The notes: a model not told the origin generated them from the sequence alone. DNA of 64,000 nucleotides from Nitrospirota bacterium (GCA_963710375.1 CAVPZX010000002.1:608001-672000); one strand, 5' to 3'. Shown: positions 29,937 through 40,178, numbered from the stretch's first letter. Numbers and translations are program-made.

Positions 29937-30530
29937 ATGAACAGTCATCTTAATGAGCTTCTTGAAGAGATAAGAAAGTTGGAAAATGAAGTGCAGTCGG
30001 AGATGAAGCTGAGGGAAGAAGAGCTGAAATACAAGATTAGCAAAGGTAAGGTAGTATTCGAACGGGAGATTCTCGAACTTCACAAGAAAATTAGGATTCC
30101 GTTGTTCGTCTATATCATTAAAGCTCCCATTCTTACAATCTTGTCTGCGCCAATAATATATGCAATGGTTGTACCGGCAGTACTTATGGATCTCTGTCTA
30201 TGGATATATCAGACAGTGTGCTTACCTATTTATAAAATCCCGAAAGTTAAGCGGAGCGATCATATTGTTTTTGACCGTCATTATTTGAAATACCTGAATT
30301 TACTCGAAAGACTGCACTGTGATTATTGCAGTTATTTTAACGGCCTTTCGTCGTATGCAATGGAAACTGCTGGGCGGACAGAGCAGTACTGGTGTCCGAT
30401 CAAGCATGCATCAGGGGAAGCCCAACGCCATTCCAGAGCGCATTTTTTTACCGATTATGGGGATGCTGAAACGTATCGGACAAAACTTTTGGAAATTCGT
30501 AAACAATTTAAAGATATTCAGTTAAATTGA
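29937..30530 (+). CDS. Hypothetical membrane protein with C.YC.Y.NG and EQYWCPIKH motifs
   Basis: GAGGAG RBS, TM segment, Cys/His motifs. Confidence 0.75.
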   Translation: MNSHLNELLEEIRKLENEVQSEMKLREEELKYKISKGKVVFEREILELHKKIRIPLFVYIIKAPILTILSAPIIYAMVVPAVLMDLCLWIYQTVCLPIYKIPKVKRSDHIVFDRHYLKYLNLLERLHCDYCSYFNGLSSYAMETAGRTEQYWCPIKHASGEAQRHSRAHFFTDYGDAETYRTKLLEIRKQFKDIQLN

Positions 30531-30550
30531 CTCACGACGGAGGAATGGCG

Positions 30551-30811
30551 ATGCTGACGAAAGAGCAAACAGAACAAATGAAAAAGCAAATTCAGGAGGA
30601 GATGGCCGCGCATTATAAGTCGTCCGAAATGCAAGCGGCTTTGGAAGCTCTCATTAATGCAGTACACAAATACGAAGCCGGTGAAAAGTCTTCACAGGAC
30701 GCTATGAAATTGATAGAAGCGACGTGTGATTTATTTGTGAAACATGTCCAATATTTGAAAGCCAACAGTATTGACAGTATCGTGAAATGCTTTATATTCG
30801 AAAAGAAATAA
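30551..30811 (+). CDS. Hypothetical protein
   Basis: GGAGG RBS, helical 86-aa ORF directly after the previous gene. Confidence 0.55.
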   Translation: MLTKEQTEQMKKQIQEEMAAHYKSSEMQAALEALINAVHKYEAGEKSSQDAMKLIEATCDLFVKHVQYLKANSIDSIVKCFIFEKK

Positions 30812-31046
30812 CACTTTAAATTACGGCTTATCGTTATAGGCTTTATCGAGTATAGATCACTGATAAGTACTGGTAATTAATACTCTTTTGTGGCACACCT
30901 AATATCAAAAGGTGAGGGCAAAATCGAGAAACGACCCATAAGCATTAGGGGTTGCAACAAAGCGTCTTCAATGTGTTGACCGAACTCTCAAGTACAAGTT
31001 GTTATCCTCGGCAACTTTAACTTCGTGCTGCTCTCTATTAGTCGGT

Positions 31047-31100
31047 GTACTTCCTGAACACCGTAGTTTAAGATTCCTGCAACTGTATGTGCAATCCACC
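31047..31100. repeat. 54-bp imperfect direct repeat, copy 2
   Basis: Matches 29652-29705. Confidence 0.7.
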
Positions 31101-31597
31101 CTGTAATTGAGAGTGCCACAGGAATCCGAATATTGGCGATTTCCGGTACTAACAACGCATATGGAAATATAGCGACACATGCTCAACTGCTCACAGTAGA
31201 GGATACTGCGGAGCGTCCTGATCATTCTGTGGGTTACAAATGAAAATCATTGCGAAGACTCAAGCACATGACTTCGCTCCCCTAATTCTTCGCCCTCGCC
31301 TTGCGGAAAAGGCCGAGCTTCGGCAAGCCCAAGCTGCTTTCGCGGCAAGCCTCGGCGCTGGGTCGTGGAGCGGACCAACTCCTGGCAAAAACGATTTCGT
31401 TGATTGCTGATCCGTTGGAAAGAGTATTGGCAGGCACTGCCTTAGGCCTCTTGCGCACCGATCGTCTGGGGAAGCACGTTCACCATCGAGCCGTGCGGGA
31501 TGTCGCGCTGCGCCTGCATCGCGGTGGCGTCGGTTGCTATCGCAGTTCTGACTTCGTGCACGTGACGCGGGATGCGTATGCTGCTGGTAGGGAACCC

Positions 31598-33346
31598 TCA
31601 CCAGGGATACGGGTAGCCCTTAGCAAGACCCTTCTCCAGGGCGTAGTCGTGCCCGTAAATGTCGTCGTAGAAGTGAATGACGCCGTCTTCCGGCACGACC
31701 ACGGTGGCATAGACGATAAAGACCGGAATCGGTTGCGCGAGATTCACCTGCTGAGTCGCGGTGCCGTTCATGGCCTCGCGAATACGGTCCGGGGTCCAGT
31801 CGGGATTGTCGCGCAAGACCCACGCCGCCAGATCGGCGGGCTTTTCCAGCCGGATACAGCCGTGGCTGAAATCACGCCGGGACTTAGCGAAGAATTCTGT
31901 GGCCGGAGTATCGTGCATGTAAACGTTGTAGCTGTTGGGAAAAACAAATTTCACCAGTCCAAGCGCGTTCTTTGGACCCGGCTTTTGTCGGATGAAAAGC
32001 TTGCCGGCGCGGATTTGTCCGAGTGCCTCGGGCGTGACCGTCCCGGTCGAGACGACGTTCCGTTTGCTGTCCACAATTTCGAATCCCTTATTCGCAAGGT
32101 AGTCGGGGTCGTGAACAACGTGCGGCACCATCTCTGCCCTCGTAATGGAAGGGGGCACATCCCAATAGGGACGGAAGACAACATACTTCATCATGTCGCT
32201 AAACACCGGGGTGTTGTGGTGGCCGTAAGCTTTTCCGACCACGATCTTCATCGTCACTCCGATTTTGATGTCTTTGTCATAGGCACGCAGACGGAACTCG
32301 GGGATGTTCGCCACGATTAGCGCTTTTTGATATACGTCCGGCAACCAGCGCCATCGCTCAAGCGTGAGTTGCATTTGCCGAACTCGGCGGCTCAAAGGAA
32401 CGTTCAAATCAGCCAGGGTTTGAGCGTCAAGTCGTCCATTCGGATCCCGGCCAAGCCTACGCTGAAAGTTCTTCACAGCGTCCACCAGCGCACCTGCGTA
32501 AACAGTTTGATCAGCCGGAACGTTGGCGTCAGCCGGAAGGTCGCCGACCAACCGCAGCAGTCGCGTAAGCCGCGGGACACCGGGATAGGTGTCACCCGGC
32601 ACAATCGCTTTCTTCGCGAGCGGGAACTGCTCTCCATCATCTTTCTTCGCCAGTTCGACGTAGGTATTCAGGGCTTGAATCGTTCGACGGTAAGCGGGAT
32701 AGGGCGGCTCCACTTGCGCCAGGACGCCGGCAATGTCGCCAGCACCTACAACATGGTCCTTGAGAAATTCAGCCAAATCGTATTTCTTGGATTCATCATC
32801 AAGAGCGAAGGCAAAGTGTCTCGGATTTACCTTGCCAATGTGGAGGTCGGAAATATACCTCATCGCGCAAACCGTGAGGGCGAGGTCGAATTTCACAGCA
32901 TCCGCCTCGGTCGGCTGCCGCGTCGCAGGTTTGAGTTTTGCCAACCGATCGTTCCACCGGGATCCGTCATAGTCTTCCGCGGAGAGCCCCTTTTGGTCGG
33001 CCTTGAGCAACAGCGCGATTACCTGGCGCGCCTGTGCGGTCGGCTCCATTCCCTTGACCCACCACAATGAATCACCGTTGAACTCGTAGAATTTCTTCAC
33101 GTGCTTGCTGTAATCGCTGAAATCTGGCCAACGCAAATCGGAGAAACTGCCACGGCTAATGGCAGTGCCCAGCCAGGCTTGACCTTCGGAGCTGAGTTCC
33201 AGCGCACTCGCACCTGCAGTGCCGGAAGTTGCAAGATGACTCTCAGCAGAGCTCGCTGAGCCGCATCCAGATCCGCAAAACAGTGCGATCAACACCATGG
33301 GTGCTGAAAGCAGAGGGCCCCACCCCAAAATCGTTAGTTGTTTCAC
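31598..33346 (-). CDS. L,D-transpeptidase, YcbB/LdtD type with peptidoglycan-binding domain
   Basis: AVKNFQRRLG, LERWRWLP, NIPEF, KFVFPN...YMHDTP, SHGCIR. Confidence 0.92.
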   Translation of the reverse strand: MKQLTILGWGPLLSAPMVLIALFCGSGCGSASSAESHLATSGTAGASALELSSEGQAWLGTAISRGSFSDLRWPDFSDYSKHVKKFYEFNGDSLWWVKGMEPTAQARQVIALLLKADQKGLSAEDYDGSRWNDRLAKLKPATRQPTEADAVKFDLALTVCAMRYISDLHIGKVNPRHFAFALDDESKKYDLAEFLKDHVVGAGDIAGVLAQVEPPYPAYRRTIQALNTYVELAKKDDGEQFPLAKKAIVPGDTYPGVPRLTRLLRLVGDLPADANVPADQTVYAGALVDAVKNFQRRLGRDPNGRLDAQTLADLNVPLSRRVRQMQLTLERWRWLPDVYQKALIVANIPEFRLRAYDKDIKIGVTMKIVVGKAYGHHNTPVFSDMMKYVVFRPYWDVPPSITRAEMVPHVVHDPDYLANKGFEIVDSKRNVVSTGTVTPEALGQIRAGKLFIRQKPGPKNALGLVKFVFPNSYNVYMHDTPATEFFAKSRRDFSHGCIRLEKPADLAAWVLRDNPDWTPDRIREAMNGTATQQVNLAQPIPVFIVYATVVVPEDGVIHFYDDIYGHDYALEKGLAKGYPYPW

Positions 33347-33404
33347 TGAAAAGCCTTAGGCTGGTCGGCATTGGGTTCCGTAGTGGGCATAAGCTCTTGC
33401 GCAT

Positions 33405-33637
33405 TCATTTGGGGCTGCTCCACTTCCAGTGCCGGATTTCCAGCATGTCTTGGCCGTGCTTGTCGATGTGCTGCTTGTGCTCGATCAGCTTCCTTGAACT
33501 GCTGCTTCAGGTAGATACATTTCTCGCCGGTCCGCGGAACGTGGTCGATGGCGTCCATCACCATGTGGAAGAGGTCCAGATCGTTGAGCACCGTCATGTC
33601 GAAGGACGTAGTGATGATGATAATCTCTTTACCCATC
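33405..33637 (-). pseudogene. 3' remnant of phosphoketolase (xfp) with a frameshift
   Basis: ITTSFDMTVLNDLD.FHMVMDAID...LKQQ, then in the shifted frame KLIEHKQHIDKHGQDMLEIRHWKW*. Confidence 0.8.
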
Positions 33638-33717
33638 GCTACTCCTTTCACTCTGGGGGAACAGCTATATTTAATTAACTCCACATAAATTAAGAAGCAA
33701 TTGTTTAGGCTCATTAA

Positions 33718-33763
33718 ATTTTAAGTCGCAAATTGAGAATTGTCAATGTCCCAATTCTCAATT
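33718..33763 (-). promoter_or_regulatory. Sigma70 promoter overlapped by a 12-bp perfect inverted repeat (operator-like)
   Basis: Minus strand TTGACA-17 nt-TAAAAT; AATTGAGAATTG-N9-CAATTCTCAATT. Confidence 0.6.
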
Positions 33764-34133
33764 ATGACGGCGCCTTTATAATCTGTCATGTATTTACGAC
33801 CCAAGAACTAAGGGCGAAACTCAAATAACATTGGAAATTTGTACCCTCTTGATTTTTCAGTGCACTCCGCAAGTGAGGGGTGCGCATTTCGGGTCGTACA
33901 CCTCATGACATCGAGGGATATTGAAAGGCACTGTTATAAGTAGAATCTATCGTCAGCTTCAACTTCCTGATGGTCTCAATTAGTCGGTGCAGTCTTGAAA
34001 TGAACCCTGAGCACTTCCATCTGCACCCCTCATCATATTCAGGATACCATCCAGTGAGCGCTCCTGTGCGGATTTAAGATCAAGCTCTCATCACTAAAAC
34101 GTTTATTGTTGCCTTGAGGGACACATCCCATTT

Positions 34134-34543
34134 CTATGAAGAATTGCCTGTGCCGAGCAGGTATGTTTTTGCCTTGTTCACAAAATCCAGGGCTTTGGGA
34201 AATATCTCGTCCACGTCTTCTTTGGTAACTTCAGCCTGTTCCATATAATCGCCTTTTTGTCTGAGTTCAAAAGCTCGATGCAGGGCTATATGGACAAGGC
34301 CTTATCGAAAATACCGCTTTTGATAAATTCCTTGTCGAAGAGAGAAATCGCTCCGGTGTGTTTCGAAGTACCTATCTGCTTTTCCTGTAAAAGAGCCAAC
34401 ACGGTATAAAACATTGCGTAATATAAACGGTTTGTCACGGCCCTATAGCTCATGCCTTCTCTTAGCAAGACTGTCGCCTCCTTGATAGAGTCGTCGGCTT
34501 GTTGAAGTCTGTATTTTATCAGGGGTAGTATTTTTTCATTCAC
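34134..34543 (-). CDS. HEPN-domain (UPF0332) toxin, frameshifted near 34288
   Basis: NRLYYAMF, SKHTGAISLF, then ALHRAFELRQKGDY in the shifted frame. Confidence 0.82.
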
Positions 34544-34863
34544 ACTGCTACTCCCTCGCGATAAACCGTCTTGATGAATACCGACTCGCGGAGCGGGCTG
34601 TTTTTTATGGTATCAATGCTTACAGCTACCGGCACGACAACAACATCTTCTGGAAATCCTGCCTCCCATGCGCATTCGCTTATGAATTTTTCCAGCGCAT
34701 GATCGAGATGCTCAACGACAATGAGAATGTCAAGATCCGACTCCTCAGTGGCACTGCCCCGTGCGCGGGAACCGAAGATCTTGACTTCGTGAACTTTTGC
34801 TCTCTGCGAGACCAGAGACTTGAACTTTTCAGCTATTTTAAGGTCTTTTTGCTGCACGTCCAC
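34540..34863 (-). CDS. Minimal nucleotidyltransferase (MNT) antitoxin
   Basis: FGSRARG...ESDLDIL; overlaps HEPN start. Confidence 0.88.
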   Translation of the reverse strand: MDVQQKDLKIAEKFKSLVSQRAKVHEVKIFGSRARGSATEESDLDILIVVEHLDHALEKFISECAWEAGFPEDVVVVPVAVSIDTIKNSPLRESVFIKTVYREGVAV

Positions 34864-35008
34864 CTTCGATTATGCGTTCCTTTTGCTCGCATGATTCAAA
34901 GTTTAACAAAACCATAGTGTTAATACAATGCTCTTTGCTTTTTTTGTCATATATTTTTTCATTCCTAATTTGACTTTTAATCCTGAAATTAGATAACATT
35001 TTAGAACT

Positions 35009-35629
35009 ATGCAAGAAACGGCCTTACAATTAATATTGGGAGCAGGATATGTCGTCAAGGCTGACCTGGCGGTCCTTCTCCTTTTCTCCATTGTATCTTG
35101 GACCATAATATTCCAGAAATGGCGCTATTTTTCAAAAGCTGACAGTGAGAGTTATGCTTTTATGAGAGCCTATGAGTCATCAAAGGCCCCCAAGGACCTT
35201 TATTCTGCATCCAAAAAGTTTACGTTAAGCCCTCTAGCCAGTCTGTTCAGGTCCGTGTTCTCCGAAAAAACCTATACGGAAAAAGAAGAACTCAAGAGGA
35301 TGCTGAAAAGATATTCCACTCTGGAGGCGACCAGGCTCCAGCGCTATCTGAACTTCCTGGCCACAACAGGTTCTACATCACCTTTCATCGGATTGTTCGG
35401 TACGGTGTGGGGCATAATGAACGCTTTCAGGGGAATCGGTACCGCCGGTTCCGCATCCCTGGCTGTGGTGGCGCCTGGCATTGCGGAGGCGCTCATTACA
35501 ACCGCCATGGGTCTTTTGACAGCTATTCCTGCGGTTGTGGCCTTCAACTATTATTTGAGCAGATCAAACCGCATGATTATCGAAATGGAAGATTTCTCTG
35601 AAGAACTTTTCGACTATATTCCAAGGTAA
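35009..35629 (+). CDS. tolQ: Tol-Pal system TolQ
   Basis: ATTGSTSPFIGLFGTVWGIM, VAPGIAEAL. Confidence 0.92.
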   Translation: MQETALQLILGAGYVVKADLAVLLLFSIVSWTIIFQKWRYFSKADSESYAFMRAYESSKAPKDLYSASKKFTLSPLASLFRSVFSEKTYTEKEELKRMLKRYSTLEATRLQRYLNFLATTGSTSPFIGLFGTVWGIMNAFRGIGTAGSASLAVVAPGIAEALITTAMGLLTAIPAVVAFNYYLSRSNRMIIEMEDFSEELFDYIPR

Positions 35630-35638
35630 CCGTTCAAG

Positions 35639-36040
35639 ATGACACCTACAAGAAGCAGAAACGTCATGTCGGAGATAAATGTCACCCCGCTTGTCAACGT
35701 AATGCTTGTGCTCCTCATCATCTTTATGGTGACTGCACCGCTTCTTCAGCAGGGCATCGATGTGAACCTTCCGCAGGCAAAGGGTAAGAACCTGCCTCCA
35801 GAGGAGAGACTATCCATTGTCATAAAAAAAGGCGGAACAATTTTCTTGAATGACACCCAGATATCTATGGACGACCTTACAAAGAAGCTTGCCGCCGTGA
35901 GCAAGCGGAATCCGGATGTGTTTCTTAAGGCTGACAAGGATGTCCCTTACGGTTTGGTTGTGGAAGTAATGGGTGAAGTAAAGGAGGCAGGGATAGAAAA
36001 GCTCGGAATGATAACCGAGCCCAAAATTTCGCTGAAATGA
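35639..36040 (+). CDS. tolR: Tol-Pal system TolR
   Basis: SEINVTPLV.VMLVLLIIFMVTAP, LKADK.VPYG. Confidence 0.9.
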   Translation: MTPTRSRNVMSEINVTPLVNVMLVLLIIFMVTAPLLQQGIDVNLPQAKGKNLPPEERLSIVIKKGGTIFLNDTQISMDDLTKKLAAVSKRNPDVFLKADKDVPYGLVVEVMGEVKEAGIEKLGMITEPKISLK

Positions 36041-36742
36041 AAGAGCAAGGCGTAGGCGCCGCCATCACTCTTTCTTTTTTCCTGCATGTCGCAATTGTCA
36101 CTATCTCTCTTTTGATAAGCAGAGGACTCTATACACGCAAGCTGGTCCCTACCTATGTCGTATCGCTCGTTTCTCCGTCACAGACCGCAGGGTCGGAAAA
36201 AGTCTCACCGTCCGGCGCAGCAAAGGAGGCTGCAGCTCCGGAGATTGCGAAGCCGGCTGAAAAGCCCAGGGTGGAACCGCACATCGAGACACGGATGAAA
36301 AAAGAGACATACACTACCACAGTAAAAGAGAGGATCGAGGAGGCTCAGGGCTATTCAAAAGCTCGAAAAGCTGATGGCTCTTAGAAAAATTATCGATATT
36401 GGGACCAAGGGAAGTGATCTGCAGTCGAAAACCTCTTCCAGTGCTGCATCGAGGAATAAGATAACAGACAGCGGAGGCGCCAATGCCGGCGGAGGTGATT
36501 ATTATTCTCTGGTCGAAACAAAAATCCGGCAGCAGTGGATATATCCGGAGACGCTTGCTACGGATTTGGAAACTATTATCTCAATCAGGGTCGCTAAAGA
36601 CGGCAGCATTACAATAGAGAAGGTGGAAAAGGGATCAGGGAACCAGCTTTTCGACCGTTCTGTCCTGAGGGCCATAACCATGGCCAGCCCTCTCCCCCCG
36701 CCGCTGAAAGAAATGGAAATTGGATTGCGGTTCAGGCCATGA
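36037..36742 (+). CDS. tolA: TolA/TonB-like protein; +1 frameshift near 36343
   Basis: N-terminal TM with S..LH; C-terminal TonB_C domain (IRQQW..P, SGN..FD.SV.RAI...PLPPP). Confidence 0.8.
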
Positions 36743-36758
36743 AAAAAGTCGGAAAACA

Positions 36759-36906
36759 GAAGGCTAAGGGCAAAAGGCTAAAGGCTAAAGGTTGAATAAA
36801 AAACAAAAGTTAGATATTGGATTGTTATGTTGCATGTTTTATGGGCTGGCGTCTGTCCTCCTCCTTTTGCCTTTTGCCTTTTGCCTTTCGCCATCTTCTG
36901 CCTTTG
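36759..36906. repeat. Palindromic heptamer repeat element (AAAGGCT / CCTTTTG) across the tolB 5' end
   Basis: gaaggct aagggca aaaggct aaaggct aaaggtt ... ccttttg x3 cctttcg. Confidence 0.75.
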
Positions 36907-38099
36907 CAGATAAAGTTTATATTGACATCACCGCGCCAGGCATTAAAAAGCTGCCTATCGCGGTGCAGGACTTTCCCGGCAAAAAGGAGATTTCCGATAT
37001 TGTAAAAGACGACCTCAACTTTACCGGCCTTTTTGATTGTGTTGACGAGTCTGTCCAGATCGAACACCCTGATCAGCCTTTCAATCCCGTTAACTGGCTG
37101 GGGCTGGGGATCGAACTTGTAGTCAAAGGCAGGGTCTCTTTTTTTGCAGCAGACAAGTTCATCGTAACTGTTTCCGCGTATGACGTCTCTGATGGAAGGG
37201 AAATACTGAAGAAAGAGTATGCGGCTACAACTGAACTGTCCCGTCCAGTCGCCCATTCCATTGCAAATGATATCTATACTCTCCTTACCGGACAGCAGGG
37301 AATATTCAAAACAAAGATCGCGTTTATCGCCGACAAAGGATGGAAAAAGGAACTGGAGTTGATGGATTGGGACGGTCACAGGATACAGGAAACCGCTATA
37401 ACCTCAGACATTTTGATGACGCCGCATTGGTCACCGGACAAGACAAAGCTTCTCTATTCCGCAGAGCGTTATCGCCAGTGGGGAATTTACCTGTTCGATA
37501 TTAATTCCATGAAGGAACGGAGCCTGATGCTGACGAATGGTTTGAATATAGCGGGCAACTTTTTCCCGAACAGTTATGATTTTGTTTTCACATCGTCAAA
37601 AGACCTGAATTACGGCATCTATATTGCCAATCTTAGCAATGTACATGGCAGGAAAATTGTTTCCTCACCCTGGATCGATGTTTCCCCCTCGGTTTCTTCT
37701 GATGGCAAGTCTATCGTCTTTGTTTCCAACAGATCAGGCAATCCTCAGATATACATTGTTGACCGGGACGGCTATGGATTAGGCAGACTGACCTTTCAGG
37801 GCAACTACAACACCTCTCCGGCATGGTCTCCTCAGGGCAACAAAATTGCTTACACAAGCATGATAGGAGGGAGGAACCAGATTTTTATAATTAATGCTGA
37901 CGGCACAAACCCGACCCAGCTCACCGACAGAGGAAACAACGAAAACCCTTCCTTTTCTCCTGACGGCAGATACCTGGCCTTTTCATCGACCATGGACGGT
38001 CCAAAAGGGATTTATCTTATGCGGATTAATGGAGAAGGTGTTCTAAAGATAACACCGAAAAACATGAAGGCGCTAAACCCAAGCTGGTCGCCGATGTAA
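36792..38099 (+). CDS. tolB: Tol-Pal beta-propeller TolB (start uncertain)
   Basis: KVYIDI, F.TKIAF, repeated P.WSPDG (PD40) motifs. Confidence 0.92.
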   Translation: MNKKQKLDIGLLCCMFYGLASVLLLLPFAFCLSPSSAFADKVYIDITAPGIKKLPIAVQDFPGKKEISDIVKDDLNFTGLFDCVDESVQIEHPDQPFNPVNWLGLGIELVVKGRVSFFAADKFIVTVSAYDVSDGREILKKEYAATTELSRPVAHSIANDIYTLLTGQQGIFKTKIAFIADKGWKKELELMDWDGHRIQETAITSDILMTPHWSPDKTKLLYSAERYRQWGIYLFDINSMKERSLMLTNGLNIAGNFFPNSYDFVFTSSKDLNYGIYIANLSNVHGRKIVSSPWIDVSPSVSSDGKSIVFVSNRSGNPQIYIVDRDGYGLGRLTFQGNYNTSPAWSPQGNKIAYTSMIGGRNQIFIINADGTNPTQLTDRGNNENPSFSPDGRYLAFSSTMDGPKGIYLMRINGEGVLKITPKNMKALNPSWSPM

Positions 38100-38112
38100 A
38101 GGAGGGTGCACT

Positions 38113-38598
38113 ATGAAATTTACCCATTTCAACAAAGAGGGAAAAGCGAAGATGGTGGACGTTTCCGGAAAAGCGCCTTCCATGCGCGAGGCAGTCGCCT
38201 CAGGCTCTGTGCACATGAAGCCTGAAACAATGCGCCTCATCAAAGAGGGTTCCATCCAAAAAGGCGATGTGTTTGGCGTGGCGAGGATTGCAGGCATAAT
38301 GGCAGCCAAAAAAACCTCTGAACTGATTCCAATGTGCCATCCGCTGAACCTGGCATACGCAGCGGTTGATTTCTCTTTTAACGAGAGCGCCGGGACAATT
38401 GACATTAAGGCCACAATAAAAATAACCGGACAGACAGGGGTCGAAATGGAGGCGCTAGTTGCCGTGTCTTCTGCTGCCCTCACTATTTACGACATGTGCA
38501 AATCAGCAGACAAAGAAATGGTCATATCCGATATCATGCTCCTCGAAAAACGCGGCGGCAAAAGCGGGGAATTTAAAAGGAAAGGCAATAGGCAATAG
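38113..38598 (+). CDS. moaC: Cyclic pyranopterin monophosphate synthase
   Basis: KMVDVS.K, LIPMCHP, TGVEMEAL, IYDMCK, GGKSG. Confidence 0.96.
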   Translation: MKFTHFNKEGKAKMVDVSGKAPSMREAVASGSVHMKPETMRLIKEGSIQKGDVFGVARIAGIMAAKKTSELIPMCHPLNLAYAAVDFSFNESAGTIDIKATIKITGQTGVEMEALVAVSSAALTIYDMCKSADKEMVISDIMLLEKRGGKSGEFKRKGNRQ

Positions 38599-38687
38599 GC
38601 TTTGGGCAATGGGCCAAGACAGACAAACATAAAAAGTCTTTTTTCTTTTTCTTTACCTATAGCCTATCGCCAATAACCTATTGCCTT
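38582..38687. repeat. Palindromic heptamer repeat element (AGGCAAT / ATTGCCT)
   Basis: aggcaat aggcaat aggcttt gggcaat ... agcctat cgccaat aacctat tgcctt. Confidence 0.8.
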
Positions 38688-38691
38688 GTTT

Positions 38692-39201
38692 TTATTGATA
38701 CCTTTTGACGCTGAATCGGAATATTTGGACATCCTTATCACCAAGGTCGATGCCTGCCTTCATTTTTGTGATCCTCAATTGATCTTCAACGGTATTGACC
38801 CCCTCCAGGTCGGGAAGCAATAGCCCCCTTCTGGCGCCCTTAATTACAATAATTCCGTATTTTTTGGGATCCAGTTGCGACAGGTCTTTTACCGGTTCGG
38901 GCGCCGACAGGACGTTGACCGAATAGTGGAGCCCTTCCAGTTCGGTTTGGAGCAATGGATGAAATCTGGGGTCTTCTGTAGCAGCAGCAACAGCATTTTT
39001 TACTATTTCCTCGTAGAGGTTCTCTGATGTGGGGAGAAACGTCCCGATGCAGCCCCGCAGATCGTTGCCCATTTTCAGACAGACAAATACACCGTTTCTT
39101 TCCTTCATGTCGTCAGGGACCTCTTCAGGGAGGGGGAGCACTTTTCTGTGGAGTATGTACTCCTCAATAGCCTTCCTGGCAAGCGCGACATACGGGTGCA
39201 T
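38692..39201 (-). CDS. amrA: AmmeMemoRadiSam system protein A (AMMECR1)
   Basis: GVFV.L....[20 protein letters not shown]. Confidence 0.88.
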   Translation of the reverse strand: MHPYVALARKAIEEYILHRKVLPLPEEVPDDMKERNGVFVCLKMGNDLRGCIGTFLPTSENLYEEIVKNAVAAATEDPRFHPLLQTELEGLHYSVNVLSAPEPVKDLSQLDPKKYGIIVIKGARRGLLLPDLEGVNTVEDQLRITKMKAGIDLGDKDVQIFRFSVKRYQ

Positions 39202-39203
39202 GG

Positions 39204-40178
39204 CTACTCCTTTCGCTGCATTGCGTATTCAGCCATTGCAAGAAGAGCTTCCTTTCCCTCAGAGTGAGGAAACCCTGCCAGTTCGGACTTTGCCTCTTCA
39301 ACAAGAGCCTCAGCTATGATAAGTGACTCCTCTATTGCATGGTATTGTTCAAACAGCGCCATAACCCTTTGGCGGCCCTCTTCGCTTTCAGCCCGTGTCT
39401 TTATAATGCCCCTGATTTCATCCTGCTCAACATCAGATGCATTTTTAAGAAGATAAATAAGAGGCATAGTGATCTTTCCCTCTTCAAGGTCCTTGCCGAG
39501 CTTCTTGCCGAGGTTTCTCTGGTCAGCAACATAATCGAGGATGTCATCGGCAAGCTGGAATGCTATACCGGTCTTCATCCCGAAGCGGGCCAGCGCCATC
39601 TCATTCTCCTCAGGCTGGCCGGCCAAAATTCCACCTATCCTGCAGGCCGCTGATATCAGGACACCAGTCTTTGCGGCGACAATATCAAAATATTCCTCTT
39701 TTGTTATCTCCGGATCTCCGACTTTATTAAGCTGCAGGATTTCACCTTCCGTCATCCGGGTAGTTGCCTCGGATAGCGCTTCCATTATCTTCTGGTTTTT
39801 CTGGTCAACCGCAATCTTCAGCGCCTTGGAATACAGAAAGTCTCCTACCAGTATGACGACCTGGTTTCCCCAGACAGCGTGTGCAGCAGGCTTTCCTCTC
39901 CTGGTATCAGCGCCGTCTATAACATCGTCATGCAGCAATGAAGCGGTATGTATGGCCTCAATAATTGCCGCAAGCAGTGTGCGGTTTGCCTCCTCATATC
40001 CGCAGAGGTCAGCACTGAGAAGGAGGAATAATGGGCGTATCCGCTTTCCTCCGCCGCTGATGAGATGCTGTCCTATCATAGGGATCAGAAAGACGTTGCT
40101 GCTGAAGATTCCGAGGAGCTGCCGTTCAACGGTCTGCATCTCTTCCGCATAGTGTGAAAAAATATCTTTGATATTCAT
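39204..40178 (-). CDS. ispB: Polyprenyl diphosphate synthase
   Basis: [15 protein letters not shown]...[19 protein letters not shown]. Confidence 0.9.
   Translation of the reverse strand: MNIKDIFSHYAEEMQTVERQLLGIFSSNVFLIPMIGQHLISGGGKRIRPLFLLLSADLCGYEEANRTLLAAIIEAIHTASLLHDDVIDGADTRRGKPAAHAVWGNQVVILVGDFLYSKALKIAVDQKNQKIMEALSEATTRMTEGEILQLNKVGDPEITKEEYFDIVAAKTGVLISAACRIGGILAGQPEENEMALARFGMKTGIAFQLADDILDYVADQRNLGKKLGKDLEEGKITMPLIYLLKNASDVEQDEIRGIIKTRAESEEGRQRVMALFEQYHAIEESLIIAEALVEEAKSELAGFPHSEGKEALLAMAEYAMQRKE

Noticed and set aside
30915..30945. GGCAAA...GAAA motif as a c-di-GMP-I riboswitch (also near 19050 on the minus strand)
   Set aside because: Lacks the GACGCAAA junction and the required stems
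31301..33070. Long + strand ORFs of 339 and 247 aa
   Set aside because: Antisense shadows of the GC-rich L,D-transpeptidase gene
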